This document shows, piece after piece, positions 1-10,657 of a DNA stretch of 64,000 bases. The notes beneath the pieces were generated by a model. It saw nothing but the letters and a program-made list of their open reading frames with translations, made no database searches and was not told the origin of the DNA. How positions within the stretch are numbered: position 1 is the stretch's first letter; every line of letters begins with the position of its first letter. The DNA comes from Mytilus californianus (lineage: Eukaryota). The stretch is from positions 22,258,001 through 22,322,000 of the forward strand of contig NW_026262734.1 in the NCBI RefSeq assembly GCF_021869535.1, given 5' to 3'. A program made the position numbers and the translations under genes.

Positions 1-158
1 GGTACATGTATATCTTTTAATAATTTAATTTTGGATGTAACACGTCTTCTGATTGGCTGAAAGGGTTTTATCTATCAGCTCATAGACATAATTTTGTCAT
101 GTGACCTTGATGTCATCAACGTTTTTATCATGATTTACTCCTTTTTAGAATTAAATTA

Positions 159-312
159 TAAGGAATGACTGTAATATTTTTTCTGTCTATTCGAAATAAC
201 ATAAAAATGTGGTGCACACTTTTAAATAACCCGCTACGCGGGTTATTCAGTGTGCACCACATTTTTGATGTTATTTCTTCATAGACAGAAAAATATTGCA
301 GTCATTCCTTAA
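159..312. repeat. Long palindrome (~75-bp arms, TAC loop) ending an interspersed repeat that starts at about base 10; a truncated copy lies at ~17190-17430
   Basis: aaggaatgactgtaatatt...aataacccgc-tac-gcgggttatt...aatattgcagtcattcctt is a near-perfect inverted repeat; the upstream part (ttttggatgtaac...catagacataattttgtcatgtgacc) recurs near 17200. Confidence 0.85.
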
Positions 313-718
313 ACATTTTTTACCTTTGTTGATTGTTTCCATAAAGAGGCTGTCACATATCAAAGCAATCTCTAACTATCTGTAGCTAACACTTTGTACA
401 AACAAGAATGTGTTTCCATAAGACACCATGCCCACACAAATTATCGTTTTCAGTTGCCCATGAACTTTGGGTCAAATATCTAATATACTACATTTGTACT
501 ATATATTTTTTAAAAGTTCACATCATTATGAACATCTGTACTCAGTTTCAAGTTCATTCATGAGATATAAAAAAGCAATTCACATAAGTGAACAATTTGT
601 TTATTTTTTGTCGAATCTCAGAATCAATTAGCATTCATTTATCTAAATAAATATAAACAATATTCAAAATGAGAAAACATTAATTTATTTGCAGGGCTTT
701 TCATCTGCTGAATATCAA

Positions 719-1293
719 AGGAGTAGGTCCAGTAAGACCCCTTTTTGGCCCCAAAATATAGCAGTTTTACAAAATTGTTAAAATGTAAACTTTTAGCTAT
801 TTATTGGAAAGTAGAATACTTCTGCTGCATATGGGCTTGTTTTGACAAAACAATGCACATATATCGGGTACTAGCATCATTAAGTCATGCTAAATCATGA
901 AATCTTCACAATTTTAGCATTTGAGTTAAATTTTATACTGTTTTCGTCTTTAATGGAAGTGGCCGCATTTGTGTTCATTCTTAATATTTAAATGTAAGTT
1001 GTATTTGATGATAATACATAACATATATAAAGATTGAGAGTGAACACGGATGCGGCCACTTTCATTTTTGACAAAAACCATCTGAAAAGTGACAAATTAT
1101 GGCATATTTGATAGATTTGTCATATTTAAGTTTGTATTTGAGCGTATTTAATGACTAAATCAGTTCAAATCTTTCACATAAACTAATTGAATAGACTGAA
1201 GTAGACACTTAAGTGTTTAAAAAGTGTCCAAAATCTTTCATCAGAAGAACCTGAAATTTGAGGCCAAAATCGGCCCTTATCGGACCTACTCCT
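719..1293. mobile_element. Non-autonomous TIR element (MITE), possibly Kolobok-type
   Basis: Ends aggagtaggtcc / ggacctactcct, with the imperfect TIR extending to ~22 bp; flanks TCAA and TTGA are each one change from TTAA; no ORF. Confidence 0.75.
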
Positions 1294-1839
1294 TTGAAAG
1301 AATCAAATGTGGATCTATTTCAATAAGGCAAATAAAAGACCAAAACAAATTTAAATCTGTCTATAAAGGATAAATATAGATAGATCGATATATGACACAG
1401 TTCATCAAATATTCAAAGACATTTAAATGTGTACTGTTTACCTGGATCAGGTATAAATAGGACATGAGGTATGCCCACATTAAGTGGAAAAAAGTATTTA
1501 TTATTTGTAATGCTGTAGTGACTTTAACAAAACAAAAGGTATGCATATTTGAAAAAATACAACTTTCATATTTTATTTCAACTATATATGTAAAGATTCA
1601 CTGAATGATTTTACAGGACTTAGATTTGTACAAAACTGCAGGATTTTGAGTTGTTTCTTTTATTTATTTTTGAAAAAAAAACTCATTACCACACCATGAA
1701 TGAGTTCTAGAATCAAAGTGTGATTGCCCCGAGATTAAGGAACTTTTTTTATACATAAAAAATGTTTCAGGGTTCTACTGACCCTGTGCCTTACCACAGT
1801 CGCCTGCATTTCTAGCAATAAATGATTAAAAATAGGTTA

Positions 1840-2416
1840 AAATAAATTGGGAATGTGTCTATGGATGATGCCCCCGCTTGCATACAACCTTATAAAGGGA
1901 CAAAACTCAAGAACGGTAAAAGTGATGCTACCCAAATTTGTACTTGATCCGATTTTTGTGGTAATAAGCATTGTGTATAAGTTTCATAACATTTGGTTGA
2001 TGCAAAGTTAAGTTACAACAGCATTTGTAAAGGGGCATAACTCTAGAACAGTAAAAGTGACACCACCAAAATTCAAACTTGATCTGTGTTTTGTGGTAAT
2101 AAGCATTAATGGTAATAATTTTTGGGGCCCTTTATAGCTTGCTGTTTTCGGTGTGAGCCAAGGCTTCGTGTTGAAGACCATACTTTGACCTATAATGGTT
2201 TACTTTTATAAATTTTGACTTGGATGGAGAGTTGTTTCATTGGCACTCATACCACATCTTCTTATATCTATTGTGTATAAGTTTCATAACATTTGGTTGA
2301 GGCAAACTAAAGTTAAAGAACGGAAACCAATTTCGTGACGTACAGATGGATGTATGGACGGACAAGGGTAAAACTTAATGCCCCCTCCGCTACGACGGGT
2401 GCAAAAAAAAAATAAC
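1840..2416 (+). mobile_element. Bivalve core-repeat element (Helentron-associated HINE / pearl-like) carrying a nested 162-bp insertion at 2108-2269
   Basis: Two ~135-bp core repeats, a GGAC/GGAT microsatellite and a 3' hairpin; the second core is split by an insert flanked by duplicated ATT. Confidence 0.65.
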
Positions 2417-2822
2417 AACTACAGTATTGTACTATATACATTATTTTTTTTAACTTTTATTCTAATCATTTATTGCTAGTTTAATTTAGGTGGAAAAGTG
2501 TTGTGTTGGATACTAAAAAAAAATGGTTTAATGATCTAAAAATAAACTTGCCCATGGAGCTATCTCTTGATTATGAAGAACCTTTGTCCAAGCTTTGTGA
2601 AATACAAAAAAATGGTGACAAATTCATTGATGTCTAAAAACATTTAAACCCAGGCTGTACAGTATCTAAATTTATATTACTGCAAAAGGGAAAAAATTAA
2701 GTCTATTTTATCAGTAAAATACAAAAGAAAAAAACATTAAAAAAAATTCTCTGAATGCTGTCACTTATTGAAGAAACTTTAGTCCAACCTTGCTCAATAA
2801 TTTATATTTTGTATATGTTAAG

Positions 2823-3617
2823 GTAATGACATCCAGTAAACCTATACGATGTGCACCGTACCAAGAAGGAAAAGTAAACAACAGGACAATCAATATAGAG
2901 ACAAAGATAGAGATCAATGTGAGGAAGAAACCTATCAGTGACATGATATGTCTGATGGATGGAAGAATTCTTGTTGTAGAATGGTATGGTAAAGTGTACC
3001 AACTTACTTCTAATGGCGAACTAGACAAACAGTTCAAAATACCTGGTGAAGCCTCTAATGTCACACAGATCAATCAGGACACTATTGCCATAAATTATCC
3101 TAGTGAGAAAGTTATTAAGATCTTCAATATGAAAAATAAAAGAGTAACTAAAGTTATCAAACTAGACAGTCCATGCTGGGGTTTATCATTCTCCAATAAT
3201 TCTCTAGCTATTAGTTTGTTCACTGGTGAAATCCGTATTATAGACTTGGAAGGAAATATACTAAGGTCAATAGTAAAAGGGTGTGACTCAACTCGCGATT
3301 TCCTTGTTTACTGCAATGACAGAATAACATACAGTGACCATTATGGCAAATCAGTACACTGCATTGATGGATCAGGTAAACAAATCTGGCGATATACACA
3401 GGATTTAGAAGGGCCAAAAGCACTTTGTACAGATAATTACTGTAACATTATTGTGGCAGACTATGAATCTGATAGAATAATAGTAATATCAAAAGATGGA
3501 CAGAATAGTAAAGTACTAATTAAAAAAGAAGATGGACTGAAGAATCCTCATCATATTTGTTTTAATTGTCATTGCTGGGGTTCATACTTGGCAGAATTTG
3601 ATATTACTTATGAATAA
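2823..3617 (+). CDS. NHL-like beta-propeller of the bivalve B-box/TRIM-like family; N-terminal B-box and coiled coil not seen; antisense within an MSH4 intron
   Basis: Stop-free ORF with ISDMICLMDGRILVVE, CWGLSF, ITYSD and GPKALCTDNYCNIIVADYESDRIIVISKDG blade motifs; candidate phase-0 acceptor ttaag|G at 2822/2823, or ATG at 2826. Confidence 0.75.
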   Translation, partial: VMTSSKPIRCAPYQEGKVNNRTINIETKIEINVRKKPISDMICLMDGRILVVEWYGKVYQLTSNGELDKQFKIPGEASNVTQINQDTIAINYPSEKVIKIFNMKNKRVTKVIKLDSPCWGLSFSNNSLAISLFTGEIRIIDLEGNILRSIVKGCDSTRDFLVYCNDRITYSDHYGKSVHCIDGSGKQIWRYTQDLEGPKALCTDNYCNIIVADYESDRIIVISKDGQNSKVLIKKEDGLKNPHHICFNCHCWGSYLAEFDITYE

Positions 3618-4281
3618 ATTGTATAACCATATAAATTCTTATGATATAACTTGCCGTTTTTATTTCAACTCTGTAAATATTATGTTATTATCAGTCAATG
3701 AGTGCTACGTCAGCAAAAATTATGTATGGACACTCGACTTTTAAAAAAATTCTCAAATATTGAAGCAATAAACAGATGTTCAGACAAGTTCAAGGTCAGT
3801 AACTTCAGGTTCAATTTCATTGACTGATATTTTATTTACTTATTTATAAGCAGCTTTCAAGATAATTTCAAAAACAGCTCCTACAAGAAGTCTATCCACA
3901 AATTCAGTAACATTTACCTATTTTTTTTTTTCGATTGGCCAAGTAGTTTCAGAGGAGAAGATTTTTGTTTAAGTAAATAGATGACAGGAGTCAAGCAATG
4001 ACAAAAGCTCACATTGGTCCTTGGAGTCAGGTGTATTAAAAAACATCAAAATCTGATGAAAAACAAAGGCTGTACATTTATACTTATAAAAACACTGTAT
4101 TGAGTCCAATTGTTTATTCTTTTTACAAAAAATAAATGAATTAATTGTGAAAAAACATAATGTCTTTAGATAAATATCAACAAACCCAACACACTAATAT
4201 GACTGCTAAAAACTTTTAAAAGTTGAAATTGTGTTCCTGACACCTGCATTCCATATAGTTTTAAATGAAATAAATCCTTAC

Positions 4282-4403
4282 CTATCATTGTGGTGTTTTC
4301 ACTGCCTTTAAACACAATCTTCATAGACCTTGGCGCAAATACAATATTTTGTATGAATTCTACATACTTCACCAGGGCTGCTGCTGCTGCCAAACAATAG
4401 TAC
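4282..4403 (-). CDS. MSH4: MSH4 coding exon 7 (last one found in the window)
   Basis: [40 protein letters not shown] matches recalled human MSH4 [40 protein letters not shown]; tttgtag acceptor, G|gtaagg donor; 122 nt, phase 2 in, phase 1 out. Confidence 0.95.
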
Positions 4404-4498
4404 CTACAAACACAAAGTGTTTGCCAAATTTGCAGTAATTTATGGTAAAATAAATCACCAATGAAATAGAACAAACCTGAAGAGGTAATAATTCAAGT

Positions 4499-4665
4499 CA
4501 GAGGCAGATTTATGGGGGGAGGGGGTATCCAGGGGGCCCGTGCCCCCCCTTTTGTGAGAAAAATTTGGTTGATTATAAAGGGAATCACTGAAGCATGACT
4601 GGAGCGGGCCCCCTCTTAGGCAATCAGTGGGCCCCCTTTTATGAAAATTTCTGGATCCTCCACTG
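4499..4665. mobile_element. 167-bp CAG...CTG MITE with a 5-bp target-site duplication (CAAGT)
   Basis: Imperfect TIR cagaggcagattt / ggatcctccactg; caagt at both 4494-4498 and 4666-4670. Confidence 0.8.
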
Positions 4666-6219
4666 CAAGTGATAATACATATAACATGATTATGATTTAA
4701 AAGAGTTTACATACTAAAATGCCTCGCTTGGTTTACTGTTTATGGTATAATTTCATTTAAGTCTTTAAGATGAAGGTTAACCACAGGTATCACATAAACT
4801 TAACATCATTATCAATGATCCATGAAAAAGAGGTCAAGATCAGATGAACCCTGCAAAAGGGACATGTATAACTTAGGATCATTTCATACAGCAATTATAG
4901 TTGACCTATTGCTTGTAGGATCTAAGAAATAGGTAGAACTTATCACAAAAAAACTAAATATTGATCACTGATGACTGAAATGAGGTCAAAGTAAGATGAA
5001 CCCAGTCTGATATACAGGTACACTACAATGATTGCATACATCAAATATAGTTTACATAGTGCTTAATGGATCTGAGAAAAGGACCTAATCACATAAAACT
5101 TAAAATTAACCATGAAAATCGGTCAAGGTCAGATGAATCATGCCAGACAGACATGTAGACCTTAAAATCATCCATACACAAAATATTGTTGATCTAATAT
5201 TTAAGGTATCTGAGAAACAGAACTAACTAGATATCATTGAGATGGGAGCCATCTCTGTGGGCCCCGCTGTGAATAATGTGTGGTAAAAAATTTGTATCTT
5301 TATCATTGGACATGGGGTTGTCAACTGAAACCAAAGTTTTTGACCTTGACCTTTGACCTAGGAAGTTGTACATAAATTATGACACACCCTCTGGTTTTGG
5401 TTTATATACATGTCAAGTATAAACTTTGAAATCATAACGGTTCTCAAGATATAGAGCGGACACGATCTTTACCATAGGACATGGGGTTGTCAACTAAAAC
5501 CAAAGTTTTTGACCTTGACCTTTGACCTAGGAAGTTGTACATACATTATGACACACCCTCTGGTGTTGGTTAATATACATGTCAAGTATAAACTTTGAAA
5601 TCATCAGACCTGCCAACTATCCCGATTTTGGCGGTATTATCCCGATTTTCATGCCTCAACCCGAATCCCGATATCGAGTTCCTAAAACAAGCAAAAAACC
5701 CAATTTTCATAAATTCTACCCGAGAAAATGTTATTCTTACCGATTTCCGGTAATGGAGGACAACATAGAGATATTATCCAATCAAATTCATCGTAGTATC
5801 TGATATTCGGGTCATGTTGATTTACCTGAGGATTATCGATCTGTTTTGACACTAAGTATTATGTAAACATATACACGTGCCTCAATAAAATCAATGATTT
5901 GTCAAAGTTTTATGGGTCTTAATTGGTAATAAAATTATTGATCTTTGTTATTTATACGGATCAGCTTGGGAGTTACATAATTAACTGTTTTAATTTTTTT
6001 ACTTATCATTTAATTGAGATTAATTATATTATAATCAAGTTAACTAGTTAAAAAAATTCTTTAATCAGGTGAACATAGTTAATAATTATCTTAATTATAA
6101 CTGATCAAAGGAATTTTGCAAATTAAACGTAAAGGCTTGGATGCTGTTTGCACATTGAGACAATTGTTATAAAAGGATATGAAAGATGGAATTGAATCAT
6201 AACAGTTCAAACTATCACA

Positions 6220-7640
6220 ATGGTTGTTACTCCACCCAGCAAGAAGAAACGTTTGCCATGCCGTTTTCTTGAAAAATGGCAGAATGACCTGAAGTTTTCA
6301 GGATGGTTGACCAAGTCCAACACAGGAGACTCCCATGCTTACTGCAAATTATGGAATAAAGACTTCAGAATAGACCACGGTGGCCTTAATGATGTTAATA
6401 AACACACCAACACAGCAATGCACATTAAGAACCTACAAGCACAGAACAGTACCAAGTCTGCCTCCAACTTCTTCACCCGCCCAGATGATGATGGTGTGAC
6501 AAAAGCAGAAGTCGTCTTCGCCTACTCTATAGCAGAACACAACATACCCTTCTCTTATGCAGACCATTTCACCAAACTTTGCAAAGTGATGTTTCCAGAC
6601 AGCAAGATCGCAACCAAATTTGCTTGTGGCAGAACCAAGGCTACTCAGATCGTCAAAAGATCCCTGGCACCTGCACTTCAGCAAGATGTCATCACCAACC
6701 TTAGAACCCAACCATTCTCACTTGCAATAGATGAAAGCAACGATAGAAACACTGACAAATGCCTGGCCATCTTAGTGAGGTACTTCACTTCAGACAGTGC
6801 TAAGACCAGATTCTTAACTATGCCAATCTGCAACATAGGAATTTCACAGAACATCTTTGATCAACTACAGCAAACTTTTGCCAACTACACAATACCTTGG
6901 ACCAACGTACTCAGCTTCATGTCAGGCAACTGCAGTGTGATGATGGGAAAGAATAACTCTGTGATGACCCGCATCAAAGAACAGTCACCTGACGTTTTTG
7001 ACTTTGGTTGTGTATGCCACTTAGCCAACCTTTGTGCAGTAGCCGGTGTTAAAGCTCTACCAGTATCCATCGATGACATGCTTGTAGACATCTACTACCA
7101 CTTCCACCATAGTTCCAAGCGAAAAGAACAGTACAAAGAGTTCCTAGACTTCTGTGACGTAGAACCAAGCAAGCTACTCAAACACGCAACTACAAGATGG
7201 CTCAGTTTGGAAACCTGTGTTGACCGCACTCTTCATCACTGGCCAGCTCTCACCAGTTACTTCAACTCCCACTGTGAGGTAGAGAAACCCGGACGTATTC
7301 AGAGAGTAGCAACTCAACTCAGTGACCATGAGATCCACCTTTACTTCTACTTCCTCAGCTTTATCTTGGGACCACTCAACAACTTCAACACCATCTTCCA
7401 AGCTTCAGAGGCACGTATTGGTTACCTGGCAGCAGAGATGAAGACCCTTCTACGTACCTTCCTGGGAAAATTCGTCAAAGCCAAACTCATTCACACTACT
7501 CAAGATCTGACAACCATAGATTACAGCAATCCTGACAACCAACTACCAAACAGTATTCTCAGTATTGGACCCAACGCAAGAGGCTACCTGTATGACCACT
7601 CAGATGATATATCTCCAACAGTACTTCAGAGACTTTTTAG
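6220..7640 (+). CDS. hAT transposase exon 1 (BED finger, DDE core; ZBED/ZNF862-like)
   Basis: BED-like C-x2-(W)...H-x5-H, FSLAIDESND, GCVCHLANL (CxxH) and TTRWLS; donor AG|gtattt at 7640/7641, phase 2. Confidence 0.9.
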
Positions 7641-7946
7641 GTATTTATAACATTTTTTACTATAAATTATAAGCACTTGGGGTATATGTCAATGAGATAT
7701 AAAGTCAAGTACTTGCCACAGGACATTCAGCAATTATGCAAAACAATGAGACAATTATTTCTATAACTTTATTAGCAGTTGTGGTATGTGTCAATGAGAT
7801 AAAATGTTAATGAGTTAACTGTCCTGAACATGCATGAAGTATTTGCCACTGGACAAAACAATCTAATAGATAAAATATGATTTGTACTCTTTGGCTTAAG
7901 TGTGCTGTTATAGTCTTAGATATTTATTATTTTATTTCTTTTTCAG

Positions 7947-8517
7947 CTCAGTTCGTCAATTCTATTGTGCAGTAGTAAAGAAGATGTTGACCAAGTTTCC
8001 TTTCAATGATCCAGTTGTTTCATGTTTGGCTTTCCTCAACCCAGCAGAGAGAGGTAATCTAGACTTCAATGACACACTGAAGATTGTCAAGAGATTTCCA
8101 GTACTTGTACCATCTACCCAGTTTGCAGCATTGGAAGAAGAGTTCATTGACTACCAGGTGACACCAGCTGATGAGCTACCCAAGTTTGACTCAGATACCA
8201 GAGTAGACTCCTACTGGGCTGCAGTTTCAGCAATGACAAACAAGATCACAGGAACAGCAAGATTTCCACTACTAACAAGAGTTACCAGAGCAATGTGTTG
8301 TATACCCAACTCCAATGCAGATTATGAGAGAGTCTTCAGTATGGTCAAGAAGATACACACAGAACACAGGTCATCACTGGACAACTCAACACTCTGTGAC
8401 CTACTTACCACTAAGATCAACTCAGACTGTGCATGCTACCAGCTAAAACCAGACAAAGACTTGTTGAAGACAGCAAAGAAAGCATGTGTTGCTTACAACA
8501 AAGACTGTGGAAATTAG
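7947..8517 (+). CDS. hAT transposase exon 2 (C-terminal dimerisation domain); spliced product 663 aa
   Basis: Acceptor ttctttttcag|C at 7946/7947 restores frame exactly; PNSNADYERVFS catalytic Glu motif followed by HTEHRSSL. Confidence 0.9.
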
Positions 8518-9241
8518 TGCCAAATGACAATTTTATAGTGCTGACAATTTTAAGTGATGATAATGTAACTTAGTGCTTTCTACTTAGTGCAAAATGAACA
8601 TTAGTAGCTTTTATGTTTTTTTGCTCCTTGTGTATTATTGTTTTGTATTGTTTTTATTTCCTTTAAATGCTACTGAATAAATATGACATTTACCTTGTTT
8701 ATCTTTTCATGACATAGTTTGCAATGTATGCATTAATGAAGCAACCAAGTCATTGTTTATCAATTTATTTTAAATAGATACAGTGAAAATACAAATAAAA
8801 CACTGAAATAAAACAAATATAACACTGAAATAAAACAAATAAAACAAATGAACCAAATGAAAGAAACATCTTTACACAGAATGATACACACAGCATCAAA
8901 ACAATCTCAAGAGTTCAAGAAACAAACCAAAATTGATCCTAAATATACATGAAATACTTTCTACTGGACATTATAAAAAAAAACAGTCACAAGATGAAGC
9001 GATACATTTAAATTTTTTTCCCCGGGGAAAATCCCCCATGGAGGTTTTCAAAAGTTGGCAGGTCTGAATCATAACGGTTCTCTAGATATAGAGCGGACAC
9101 AATTTGTTACGAACAGATGGACGGACGGACGGACAGACAAACGGACAGACTGATCACTATAGGGCGTCCGCCTAATTAAATACACTTAACCTTGACCAGT
9201 GAACAATAAAAAAATTCTTTATCATCAATTTATATACATAC

Positions 9242-9308
9242 TTGGAAGTGACCTCCATTTCAATTGTACTAAACTCTGGTACACACAGCTGTTTCACATA
9301 CTGTATTC
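9242..9308 (-). CDS. MSH4: MSH4 coding exon 6
   Basis: GIQYVKQLCVPEFSTIEMEVTSK matches recalled human [23 protein letters not shown]; ttgtag acceptor, gtatgt donor; 67 nt, phases 1 and 2. Confidence 0.92.
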
Positions 9309-9322
9309 CTACAAGTACAAAC

Positions 9323-9490
9323 AAACCTGTCTACAGTGAACTTTATTATACAAACAAACCTGTCTACAGTGAACTCTGATATAAAGAAACCTGTCTACAG
9401 TAAACTATATGATATAAAGAAACCTGTCTACAGTGAACTCTATGATATAATGAAACCTGTCTACAGTGAACTAGATGATGCAAAGAACCA
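9323..9490. repeat. Intronic minisatellite, ~31-33 bp x5 (aaacctgtctacagtgaactctatgatataaag)
   Basis: Five visible copies directly beside the MSH4 exon-6 acceptor. Confidence 0.9.
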
Positions 9491-10100
9491 GTGTCTTCAG
9501 CAAATGCTGACAACTTAAATCTATGACATTTACAAAATAACTACAAGAAGTATGCCTAAGTAAACAACACATACATAGTACATTTTACCAGTAATTTGTG
9601 TATTAACAAATCTATGTATACACTGTAAATTCCTAAACTTTCTGTGTGCATGTTTTATGGCGATTGTTAAATAACGGATAAAAATGTGAGATTGATTATT
9701 ACAATTTTCAAGAAATATTATATACATATATAATGCTATCAGAATTTAAAAAAAATTCAATTTTCATGAGCCATTTATTTTTTACAACTTTCACTAGTAG
9801 AAACATGTCGTGAATATAAATCATCACAAACAAGTATTCACATTATTTTGAAATCAATATTGTTGTTTCCAAATATTATTTAAAAAAGTGCATAAGTTTA
9901 CCATTATAATGACATGTTATTGTACTTGTATCCTTGTTATGATCAGGGTGGTCTGTTTTTACATGTATGGTTGACTATTTATATAATAATCATATTTATA
10001 CAATTTTCTTTACAAAATTTTAAAGTGCTTGTCTGGCATCATATTTTTTTCAGAATAGATAAATATACAATGTATACTAAATATGTACTGCAAAGATTAC

Positions 10101-10224
10101 CTCTTGCTTCATTAAAATATTTCCTTTGAACAGCTGATAGACTTGTGTTGACAAACTGGTCATTAACAAGAGTAAATAGTTTTGTCATCGTACCACTTTC
10201 ACATGCTGTGTTAGGCATTATTAC
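10101..10224 (-). CDS. MSH4: MSH4 coding exon 5
   Basis: VIMPNTACESGTMTKLFTLVNDQFVNTSLSAVQRKYFNEAR matches recalled human IIMSNTAC...[27 protein letters not shown]; ctgttttag acceptor, G|gtaatc donor; 124 nt, phases 0 and 1. Confidence 0.95.
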
Positions 10225-10657
10225 CTAAAACAGAAAAAAATGCTTCTTTCAGAACTAGTACATCGATAGAGCTCTTCAAGATTTGTTTTAAAATTGACAA
10301 TTAACACAAATTGGGAATTTTTATCAACAAAGAATACCATGCACTCTGTATTGGGTAAAGCTACTGCATTTAAACTAATTACCAGACATGCATGAATTTC
10401 TTTTACATTCTTTTCAACACTGGAAACAAAAGTGGAAGGATCGAAAACTCATAAAAATAGTTTATATCTGACAACATACTATTGCCTGCACAAAATCAGA
10501 GGTTTTGTTGGTGGCTGTCTTTAATGCTTGATGGTGGATCTTGTCTCTAGGCAAGATATTAGTCATCTCTTAAGACTGAGATTATTCACTAGTCTAGATT
10601 CAGATCAGCCATACTGTTTGGGCAATTGTCCATCATTAAAATCCTAAAGGGATCTAC

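Larger units (their letters stand above)
5605..9066 (+). mobile_element. Full-length 3462-bp hAT DNA transposon with a 6-bp TSD
   Basis: Perfect 14-bp TIR cagacctgccaact / agttggcaggtctg; AATCAT duplicated at 5599-5604 and 9067-9072; clustered CCCGA subterminal motifs at the left end; internal transposase. Confidence 0.95.
5222..9175 (+). mobile_element. HINE/pearl-like host element (5222-5604 plus 9067-9175) split by the hAT insertion
   Basis: 169-bp core repeats starting at 5308 and 5477; the second core resumes at 9067 and is followed by a GGAC/GACA microsatellite and terminal sequence. Confidence 0.75.

Noticed and set aside
321-379. Candidate next MSH4 exon (ctacag acceptor, AAG|gtaaaa donor)
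   Set aside because: The required phase gives D-S-stop and there is no NLEL motif.
6433-8147. Minus-strand ORFs within the hAT element
   Set aside because: Antisense shadows of the transposase.
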